From: Rhodothermales bacterium
GTDB taxonomy: Bacteria; Bacteroidota; Rhodothermia; Rhodothermales; Bin80
Reading direction: 5' to 3'
Assembly (NCBI GenBank): GCA_965216255.1
Contig: OZ244148.1
Coordinates: 4,907,962-4,971,961, forward strand
Length of the DNA: 64,000 nt
In this document: positions 38,101 to 45,600 of the stretch, one piece after another
Layout of the letters: each line of letters opens with the position of its first letter
Position numbering within the stretch: position 1 is the stretch's first letter
Notes under the pieces: generated by a model
What the model saw: the letters and a program-made list of their open reading frames with translations, nothing else
Databases searched by the model: none
What the model was told of the DNA's origin: nothing
Position numbers and translations under genes: made by a program

Positions 38101-39468
38101 CAGTATGCGACATCGGACGCTACCGCGACGGCGGGGCAGGACTACTATGCGCCAGTAGGCGGAAGCCTGGAGATACCGGCGGGCAGTACGGAGGCGACGA
38201 TAGTGGTGGGGACGATAGACGATGATCTGGACGAGGAGGATGCGGAGACGTTCACGGTGGTCCTCAGCACGCCGGAGCATGCGACGCTGGATGCGGATAG
38301 GGGCACGGGCACGATACTGGACAATGACGAAGTGCCGACGGTGAGTATAGAGGATGCGCCTTCGGTGACGGAAGGAGGGGATGTGGTGTTTGTAGTGAAG
38401 CTGAGTGTGGCAAGCGGCCAGGTGGTGAGGGTGCCATATGAGACATCGGACGCTACCGCGACAGCAGGGCAGGACTACGAGGCGGCGTTAGGCGGAAGCC
38501 TGGTGCTACCGGCGGGCAAGACGGATACGACCATAGTGGTGAGGACGATAGACGATGATCTGGATGAGGAGGATACGGAGACGTTTACGGTGGCCCTCAG
38601 CGCGCCGGAGCATGCAACGCTGGATGCGGATAAGGGTGTGGGCACGGGCACGATAGAGGACAATGACGAAGTGCCGACGGTGAGTATAGAGGATGCGCCT
38701 TCGGTGACGGAAGGAGGGGATGTGGTGTTTGCGGTGAAGCTGAGCGAGGCAAGTGGCCAGGAGGTGACGGTGCCGTATGCGACATCGGACGTTACGGCAA
38801 CGGTGGGGCAAGACTACAATGCGGCGCAGGGCGAAAGCCTGGTGGTGATACGGGCGGGCAATACGGAGGCGACGATAGTGGTGGGGACGATCGACGATGT
38901 GCTCTCGGAGGAGACGGAGACGTTCACGTTGACGCTGCAGGATCCTGTGGGCGCGGATTTGGCTGTGGGCGGTGCAATGGGCACGGGCACGATACTGGAC
39001 AATGACGATGCGCCGACGGTGAGTATAGGGGATGCGCCTTTGGTGACGGAGGGCGTGGATGCGGTGTTTGCGGTGAAGCTGAGCGAGGCAAGTGGCCAGG
39101 AGGTGACGGTGCCGTATGCGACATCAGACGCTACCGCGACGGCGGGGCAGGACTACGATGCGGTGGTGGGCGGCAGCTTGGTGATACCGGCGGGCAAGAC
39201 GGATACGACGATAGTGGTGGGGACGATCGACGATGCGCTCTCGGAGGAGGCGGAGACGTTTGTATTGACGTTGGAGGAACCAGAGGGCGCGGATTTGGCA
39301 GTGGGCGCTGCCGTGGGCACGGGCACGATAGAGGACAATGACGATGCGCCGACGGTGAGTATAAAGGATGCGCCTTTGGTGACGGAGGGTGTGGATGCGG
39401 TGTTTGCGGTGAAGTTGAGCGAGGCAAGTGGCCGTGAGGTGACGACAATGACGATGCGCCGACGGTGA
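29197..39468 (+). CDS. Giant Calx-beta tandem-repeat surface protein, N-terminal 3,423 codons (ends at a stop created by a scrambled repeat junction)
   Basis: Signal-like N-terminus (alternative ATG 29224: MPCWQAWRLRLGVVITAVLLSGLGA). This is followed by about 30 Calx-beta-type units, e.g. VSIEDAPSVTEGGDAVFAVKLSVASGQEVTVQYATSDATATEGQDY...ETFTVVL...GTGTIEDND. The TGA at 39466-39468 follows an aberrant junction. Confidence 0.85.
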   Translation: MAGVWRSYVMPCWQAWRLRLGVVITAVLLSGLGAWKGDAPVLTVTGESKEEATGLLTFTLTLDAPSTSDIELTYATADVTATAGADYVGVPAGSFTIKAGTRDTTIAVQMKHDGRDEEDEAFELTVTAGNAGEIGSGSVLRAVGTILDNDDAPVLRVAGETKVESDGLLTFTLTLDAPSGSNIDLTYATEDITATAGLDYVEKAGSFTINAGTLETTLAVRMKNDWRDEPDETFELTVTAGNAGEIGSGSVLRAVGTILDEDRAPVLTVTGESQEEADGPLTFKLTLGARSGYDIELTYATVDVTTTADLDYEAEPAGTFTIKVGERIVYLPVQMKEDFRDEEDETFELTMVAVDPSKVRQNSVLTAVGTILDDDTAPVLTVTGESQEEADGPLTFRLTLDARSGHDIGLTYATADVTATAGLDYASVAAGSFMIKAGTLDTTLAVGMKNDLRDEPDETFKLTMAAVNAGEIGSGSVLTAVGTILDEDRPPVLRVTGNSKEEADGPLTFMLSLGARSGYDIKLTYATVDVTATADLDYEGEAAGSFTIEAGTRFKTLAVQMKEDSRDEVDETFRLTVAAVDATKIRQNSVLTAVGTILDDDSAPVLRVTGQSKEEADGPLTFTLTLNAPSTRDIGLTYATRDVTATAGADYDGEAAGSFTIKEGTRDTTLAVQMKEDLLNEVDETFELTVEAVNTGEIGSGSVLTAVGTILDDDSAPVLRVTGQSKEEANGPLRFTFTLDAVSTRDIELRYATADVTATAGADYDGVPAGSFTIEAGTLDTTLAVQMKEDALDEEDETFKLTVTAVKPGEIGSSSVLSAVGTILDNDAAPVLRVTGQSKEEADGPLTFKLTLDAVSARDIELTVTTAEVTATAEADYEEAAADRVTIEAGTQVTTLAVQMKEDALDEEDETFELTVTAVNPDVIGPSSVLSAVGTILDNDAAPVLRVTGESQEETNGPLTFTLTLDAVSGRNIELTYTTEDITATAGLDYEGAAADRVTIEAGTQVTTLAVQMKDDELVEEDETFELTVAAVDAEEIGARSVLTAVGTIWDKPIVTLSVNPGVVAEGSGTTDIYVTATLSAARTVPTIITLSFGGTATLGPGSDYEVAPASPEITVPLATTSGQVVISLTVVDDTFYENIGSDAFEIILVQGSNTDGLQVESAEFKLNDNDTEIPSVELTVEPSYLALDEGESGTISFSLVLVGENQNRFENDAEFTGDIIQIGELEHGEDYTTDPEDWLPIILPAGAISVSKDVEFEIIDDDISEGQYESLTLLNMELVAHNLRIPVSRAGHSTTILSVSPSDEENRLNIAIEPTGGIRENAGPTEIELFATPFFTGSEFEDPPEEDLTIRFWIEQIPGGALSPDDYSIVPEVIPRVDWTQGETESERVTLTVTPVADDVHTENYHERIRIKGQVTNASGYQGLTTTSLSIINVSPPALRTVGIDRPPNHPTIYFFGEELTAKMSFSQPVGLRGQGMTFTVDLDSGPVVAKCLPGGTGYGAHISCTYTIQAGDSDVDGVEIKAGAINLGGASMVDEEGNAVTINFTILDKYLKRYDYQVQGTSYVYELVPSVESFQEGQNATREVVVTATEKLGKVREFNAAIELFFRNETTSDQDYVVTGERTINIVAGETTGSTTLEITPTFDGIKEGHEEVFFLDGDAGHQAVEPYEMKILDAPDIFLAVSPETIQEDGDAETVTITASLPANAITFDEGIVVNLRQAGTATKGSDFTIGSLPEVRILANETSGFGSVVVTPINDNLVEGDETIFFYGSTASLGVTGTNLELQDDDSEAGIILSVDNSRVGEADGETVIEVTATATVTFPLGVDVSLDLGGQATEDTDYTRHWDPGATISIARGASTGTTNLEITPVDDDILEGDETIVVQGTADNGVSVEVAPITLSDNDRARILKITGTLQVVEGTGDETGSNNGHTDITVSLSPRPGSDNISVPVTFIAGTATGGGQLAYRDPFNTEADYAGFREGTTLTFEKETPTQSFRLRMVPDRRDEDDETFTLVLQIPGQPGSRTSATFTILDDDDPPVISFVEDAAGSEDVGQLVFPVSLDVESGRRIRVLYDVVDVTATELLDYTAEGNGELEFEPGETEQTITVRIEDDLLDEDDETFTVVLKEPENVTLGDFEATGTIEDNDGAPEVIVENASGEEAAGSISFFVRPSHQFSKDISVDYTATTEAGNTATEGEDYVAVTQPVTLTIPAGSRGEWIAVTITDDFVDEDNETFTVTLSNPMNASVGSATATGTILDDEDLSLRIDPAQASEIVGEIIFVVTMNWPSTKTIKVQAKTLDGADDTAEEDVDYDKTSELLTILPLELAQSFAVTINDDLFDEADETFTVVLSNEENVSLSAAEATGTILDDDAAPVLTVAGESKEEADGPLTFTLTLDAMSARDIELTYATKDVTATAQLDYVEPEAGSITIEAGDQAATIAVQMKEDELDEQDETFELTVAAVDADVIGSRSELKAVGTIEDDDEVPEVSIANADPVMEGGAAEFTLTLSAQSGQNVTVSYGTEDGSAVAPGDYEVKRGRVTIPAGKTEAVIVVRTEDDDQDEVDTETFTVVLSAPVNATLDEAEGTGTIEDNDEVPVVSIEDAPSVTEGGDAVFAVKLSVASGQEVTVQYATSDATATEGQDYNAAQGESLVIPAGNTEATIVVETSDDLLDEDTETFTVVLSSPEHATLDADADEGTGTIEDNDDAPTVSIEDAPSVTEGVDAVFAVRLSVASGQEVRVSYSTVDVTATGGRDYRAAVGGSLEIPAGSTEATIVVGTIDDSVDEDTETFTVVLSSLEHATLDADKGEGTGTIEDNDEVPTVSMEDAPSVTEGVDAVFVVRLSMASGQKVTVQYATSDATATAGLDYYAPVGGSLEIPVGSTEATIVVGTIDDDLDEEDTETFTLVLSTPEHATLDADRGTGTGTILDNEDAPTVSIENAEAVTEGVDAVFAVRLSMASGQKVTVQYATSDATATAGQDYYAPVGGSLEIPAGSTEATIVVGTIDDDLDEEDAETFTVVLSTPEHATLDADRGTGTILDNDEVPTVSIEDAPSVTEGGDVVFVVKLSVASGQVVRVPYETSDATATAGQDYEAALGGSLVLPAGKTDTTIVVRTIDDDLDEEDTETFTVALSAPEHATLDADKGVGTGTIEDNDEVPTVSIEDAPSVTEGGDVVFAVKLSEASGQEVTVPYATSDVTATVGQDYNAAQGESLVVIRAGNTEATIVVGTIDDVLSEETETFTLTLQDPVGADLAVGGAMGTGTILDNDDAPTVSIGDAPLVTEGVDAVFAVKLSEASGQEVTVPYATSDATATAGQDYDAVVGGSLVIPAGKTDTTIVVGTIDDALSEEAETFVLTLEEPEGADLAVGAAVGTGTIEDNDDAPTVSIKDAPLVTEGVDAVFAVKLSEASGREVTTMTMRRR
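29311..32346 (+). repeat. Tandem array of about 9 type-A Calx-beta units (336-339 nt each)
   Basis: Unit APVL(T/R)VTG(E/Q)SKEEADGPLTFTLTLDA.S..DIELTYAT.DVTATAG.DY...AGSFTI.AGT.DTTLAVQMKED..DE.DETFELTV.AV....IGS.SVLTAVGTILD(D/N)D. One further copy lies at about 36310-36650. Confidence 0.85.
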
Positions 39469-39632
39469 GTATAGAGGATGCGGATCCGGTGACGGAGGGA
39501 GAGGATGCGGTGTTTGCAGTGAAGCTGAGCGTGCCATAGGGGCAATTTGGCTGTGGCCGTGAGGCAGGGGCACGATAGAGGACAATGACGATGCGCCGAC
39601 GGTGAGTATAGAGGATGCGGATCCGGTGACGG
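39445..39632 (+). other. Scrambled mosaic of repeat fragments that breaks the giant ORF
   Basis: At 39444/39445 the repeat jumps from ...GAGGTGACG straight to ACAATGACGATGCGCC, out of frame. The 39530-39575 stretch is a patchwork of 10-30-nt pieces of the unit (GTGCCATAGGGGCAATTTGGCTGTGGCCGTGAGGCAGGGGCACG). At 39632/39633 GTGACGG joins CGACATCGG. Confidence 0.8.
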
Positions 39633-42600
39633 CGACATCGGACGCTACCGCGACGGCGGGGCAGGACTACGATGCGGTGGTGGGCGGCAGCTTGGTGATA
39701 CCGGCGGGCAAGACGGATACGACGATAGTAGTGGGGACGATAGACGATGCGCTTTCGGAGGAGGCGGAGACGTTTGTATTGACGTTGGAGGAACCAGAGG
39801 GCGCGGATTTGGCAGTGGGCGCTGCCGTGGGCACGGGCACGATAGAGGACAATGACGATGCGCCGACGGTGAGTATAGGGGATGCGCCTTTGGTGACGGA
39901 GGGCGTGGATGCGGTGTTTGCGGTGAAGCTGAGCGAGGCAAGTGGCCGTGAGGTGACGGTGCCATATGCGACATCGGACGCTACCGCGACGGCGGGGCAG
40001 GACTACGATGCGGTGGTGGGCGGAAGCCTGGTGATACCGGCGGGCAAGACGGATACGACGATAGTGGTGGGGACGATAGACGATGCGCTTTCGGAGGAGA
40101 CGGAGACGTTTGTATTGACGTTGGAGGAACCAGAGGGCGCGGATTTGGCAGTGGGCGCTGCCGTGGGCACGGGCACGATAGAGGACAATGACGATGCGCC
40201 GACGGTGAGTATAGGGGATGCGCCTTCGGTGACGGAGGGCGTGGATGCGGTGTTTGCGGTGAAGCTGAGCGAGGCAAGTGGCCAGGAGGTGACGGTGCCG
40301 TATGCGACATCGGACGCTACGGCGACGGCGGGGCAGGACTACGATGCGGTGGTGGGCGGCAGCTTGGTGATACCGGCGGGCAAGACGGATACGACGATAG
40401 TGGTGGGGACGATAGACGATGCGCTTTCGGAGGAGACTGAGACGTTCACGTTGACGCTGCAGGATCCTGTGGGCGCGGATTTGGCAGTGGGCGCTGCCGT
40501 GGGCACGGGCACGATAGAGGACAATGACGATGCGCCGACGGTGAGTATAGAGGATGCGCCTTCGGTGACGGAGGGCGTGGATGCGGTGTTTGCGGTGAAG
40601 CTGAGCGAGGCAAGTGGCCGTGAGGTGACGGTGCCGTATGCGACATCGGACGCTACCGCGACGGCGGAGCAGGACTACGATGCGGTGGTGGGCGGCAGCT
40701 TGGTGATACCGGCGGGCAAGACGGATACGACAATAGTGGTGGGGACGATAGACGATGCGCTTTCGGAGGAGGCGGAGACGTTTGTATTGACGTTGGAGGA
40801 ACCAGAGGGCGCGGATTTGGCAGTGGGCGCTGCAGTGGGCACGGGCACGATAGAGGACAATGACGAAGCGCCGGTGGTGAGTATAGAGGATGCGCCTTTG
40901 GTGACGGAGGGCGTGGATGCGGTGTTTGCGGTGAAGCTGAGCGAGGCAAGTGGCCAGGTGGTGACGGTGCCGTATGCGACATCGGACGCTACGGCGACGG
41001 CGGGGCAGGACTACGATGCGGTGGTGGGCGGAAGCCTGGTGATACCGGCGGGCAAGACGGATACGACGATAGTGGTGGGGACGATAGACGATGCGCTTTC
41101 GGAGGAGGCGGAGACGTTTGTATTGACGTTGGAGGAACCAGAGGGCGCGGATTTGGCAGTGGGCGCTGCAGAGGGCACGGGCACGATACTGGACAATGAC
41201 GATGCGCCGACGGTGAGTATAGAGGATGCGCCTTCGGTGACGGAGGGCGTGGATGCGGTGTTTGCGGTGAAGCTGAGTGTGGCAAGTGGCCAGGAGGTGA
41301 CGGTACCGTATGCGACATCAGACGCTACCGCGACGGCGGGGCAGGACTACGATGCGGTGGTGGGCGGCAGCTTGGTGATACCGGCGGGCAAGACGGATAC
41401 GACGATAGTGGTGGGGACAACAGATGATGTGCTCTCGGAGGAGACAGAGACGTTTGTATTGACGCTGCAGGATCCAGAGGGCGCGGATTTGGCTGTGGGC
41501 GGTGCAGAGGGCACGGGCACAATACTGGACAATGACGATGCGCCGACGGTAAGTATAGAGGATGCGCCTTCGGTGATGGAGGGCGTGGATGCGGTATTTG
41601 CGGTGAAGCTGAGCGAGGCAAGCGGCCAGAAGGTGACGGTGCCATATGCGACATCGGACGCTAGCGCGACGGCGGGGCAGGACTACGATGCGGTGGTGGG
41701 CGGCAGCTTGGTGATACCGGCGGGCAAGACGGATACGACGATAGTGGTGGGGACGATAGACGATGCGCTTTCGGAGGAGACTGAGACGTTCACGTTGACG
41801 CTGCAGGATCCTGTGGGCGCGGATTTGGCAGTGGGCGCTGCAGTGGGCACGGGCACGATAGAGGACAATGACGATGCGCCGGTGGTGAGTATAGAGGATG
41901 CGCCTTCGGTGACGGAGGGCGTGGATGCGGTGTTTGCGGTGAAGCTGAGCGAGGCAAGTGGCCGTGAGGTGACGGTGCCGTATGCGACATCGGACGCTAC
42001 CGCGACGGCGGGGCAGGACTACGATGCGGTGGTGGGCGGCAGCTTGGTGATACCGGCGGGCAAGACGGATACGACGATAGTGGTGGGGACGATAGACGAT
42101 GCGCTTTCGGAGGAGACTGAGACGTTCACGTTGACGCTGCAGGATCCTGTGGGCGCGGATTTGGCAGTGGGCGCTGCAGTGGGCACGGGCACGATAGAGG
42201 ACAATGACGATGCGCCGGTGGTGAGTATAGAGGATGCGCCTTCGGTGACGGAGGGCGTGGATGCGGTGTTTGCGGTGAAGCTGAGCGAGGCAAGTGGCCG
42301 TGAGGTGACGGTGCCGTATGCGACATCGGACGCTACCGCGACGGCGGGGCAGGACTACGATGCGGTGGTGGGCGGCAGCTTGGTGATACCGGCGGGCAAG
42401 ACGGATACGACGATAGTGGTGGGGACGATAGACGATGCGCTTTCGGAGGAGGCGGAGACGTTTGTATTGACGTTGGAGGAACCAGAGGGCGCGGATTTGG
42501 CAGTGGGCGCTGCAGTGGGCACGATACTGGACAATGATGGTGCGCCGACGGTGAGTATAGAGGATGCGCCTTTGGTGACGGAGGGCGTGGATGCGGTGTT

Positions 42601-45600
42601 TGCGGTGAAGCTGAGCGAGGCAAGTGGCCGTGAGGTGACGGTGCCGTATGCGACATCGGACGCTACCGCGACGGCGGAGCAGGACTACGATGCGGTGGTG
42701 GGCGGCAGCTTGGTGATACCGGCGGGCAAGACGGATACGACAATAGTGGTGGGGACGATAGACGATGCGCTTTCGGAGGAGGCGGAGACGTTTGTATTGA
42801 CGTTGGAGGAACCAGAGGGCGCGGATTTGGCAGTGGGCGCTGCAGTGGGCACGGGCACGATAGAGGACAATGACGAAGCGCCGGTGGTGAGTATAGAGGA
42901 TGCGCCTTTGGTGACGGAGGGCGTGGATGCGGTGTTTGCGGTGAAGCTGAGCGAGGCAAGTGGCCAGGTGGTGACGGTGCCATATGCGACATCGGACGCT
43001 ACCGCGACGGCGGGGCAGGACTACGATGCGGCAGTAGGCGGAAGCCTGGTGATACCGGCGGGCAAGACGGATACGACGATAGTGGTGGGGACGATAGACG
43101 ATGTGCTCTCGGAGGAGACGGAGACGTTTGTATTGACGCTGCAGGATCCTGTGGGCGCGAATTTGGCTGTGGGCGCTGCGGAGGGCACAGGTACGATACT
43201 GGACAATGATGGCACGCCGACGGTGAGTATAGAGGATGCGCCTTCGGTGACGGAGGGGGTGGATGCGGTGTTTGCGGTGAAGCTGAGTGTAGCAAGCGGC
43301 CAGGAGGTGACGGTGCCATATGAGACATCGGACGCTACCGCGACGGCGGGGCAGGACTACGAGGCGGCAGTAGGCGGCAGCTTGGTGATACCGGCGGGCA
43401 AGACGGATACGACGATAGTGGTGGGGACGAGCGACGATGCGCTTTCGGAGGAGACTGAGACGTTTGTATTGACGCTGCAGGATCCTGTGGGCGCGGATTT
43501 GGCTGTGGGCGCTGTAGTGGGTACGGGCACGATATTGGACAATGACGACGCGCCGATATTAAGCATAGAGGATGCGGATCCCGTGACGGAGGGTGTGGAT
43601 GCGGTGTTTGCGGTGAAGCTGAGCGAGGCCAGCGGCCAGGAGGTGACGGTGTCCTACACGACGGTGGATGTTACGGCGACGGCGGGGCAGGACTACGATG
43701 CGGTGGTGGGCGGAAGCCTGGTGATACCGGCGGGCAAGACGGATACGACGATAGTGGTGGGGACCACAGACGATGACCTGGATGAGGAGGATACGGAGAC
43801 ATTCACGCTGGTCCTCAGCGCGCCGTTGAATGCGACGCTGGATGAGGATGAGGGCACGGGCACGATATTGGACAATGACGACGCGCCGACGGTGAGTATA
43901 GAGGATGCGCCTTCGGTGACGGAGGGCGTGGATGCGGTGTTTGCGGTGAAGCTGAATGTGGCAAGTGCGCTTGAGGTGACGGTGCCATATGAGACATCGG
44001 ACGCTACCGCGACGGCGGGGCAGGACTACGATGCGGTGGTGGGCGGAAGCCTGGTGATACCGGCGGGCAAGACGGATACGACGATAGTGGTGGGGACCAC
44101 AGACGATGTGCTCTCGGAGGAGACTGAGACGTTTGTATTGACGCTGCAGGATCCTGTGGGCGCGAATTTGGCTGTGGGCGCTGCGGAGGGCACAGGTACG
44201 ATACTGGACAATGATGGCACGCCGACGGTGAGTATAGAGGATGCGCCTTCGGTGACGGAGGGGGTGGATGCGGTGTTTGCGGTGAAGCTGAGTGTAGCAA
44301 GCGGCCAGGAGGTGACGGTGCCATATGAGACATCGGACGCTACCGCGACGGCGGGGCAGGACTACGAGGCGGCAGTAGGCGGCAGCTTGGTGATACCGGC
44401 GGGCAAGACGGATACGACGATAGTGGTGGGGACGAGCGACGATGCGCTTTCGGAGGAGACTGAGACGTTTGTATTGACGCTGCAGGATCCTGTGGGCGCG
44501 GATTTGGCTGTGGGCGCTGTAGTGGGTACGGGCACGATATTGGACAATGACGACGCGCCGATATTAAGCATAGAGGATGCGGATCCCGTGACGGAGGGTG
44601 TGGATGCGGTGTTTGCGGTGAAGCTGAGCGAGGCCAGCGGCCAGGAGGTGACGGTGTCCTACACGACGGTGGATGTTACGGCGACGGCGGGGCAGGACTA
44701 CGATGCGGTGGTGGGCGGAAGCCTGGTGATACCGGCGGGCAAGACGGATACGACGATAGTGGTGGGGACCACAGACGATGACCTGGATGAGGAGGATACG
44801 GAGACATTCACGCTGGTCCTCAGCGCGCCGTTGAATGCGACGCTGGATGAGGATGAGGGCACGGGCACGATATTGGACAATGACGACGCGCCGACGGTGA
44901 GTATAGAGGATGCGCCTTCGGTGACGGAGGGCGTGGATGCGGTGTTTGCGGTGAAGCTGAATGTGGCAAGTGCGCTTGAGGTGACGGTGCCATATGAGAC
45001 ATCGGACGCTACCGCGACGGCGGGGCAGGACTACGAGGCGGCAGTAGGCGGAAGCCTGGTGATACCGGCGGGCAAGACGGATACGACGATAGTGGTGGGG
45101 ACCACAGACGATGTGCTCTCGGAGGAGACTGAGACGTTTGTATTGACGCTGCAGGATCCTGTGGGCGCGAATTTGGCTGTGGGCGCTGCGGAGGGCACAG
45201 GTACGATACTGGACAATGATGGCACGCCGACGGTGAGTATAGAGGATGCGCCTTCGGTGACGGAGGGGGTGGATGCGGTGTTTGCGGTGAAGCTGAGTGT
45301 AGCAAGCGGCCAGGAGGTGACGGTGCCATATGAGACATCGGATGCTACCGCGACGGCGGGGCAGGACTACGATGCGGCAGTAGGCGGCAGCTTGGTGATA
45401 CCGGCGGGCAAGACGGATACGACGATAGTGGTGGGGACGATAGACGATGTGCTTCCGGAGGAGACTGAGACGTTCACGTTGACGCTGCAGGATCCTGTGG
45501 GCGCGAATTTGGCTGTGGGCGCTGTAGTGGGTACGGGCACGATATTGGACAATGACGACGCGCCGACGGTGAGTATAGAGGATGCGCCTTCGGTGACGGA

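Noticed and set aside
39602-39610. GTG at 39602 as the genuine start of an independent 4,947-aa gene.
   Set aside because: It lies in the middle of a repeat unit, directly after scrambled repeat fragments. There is no signal peptide and no upstream non-coding spacer. The ORF is best read as the continuation of 29197-39468.
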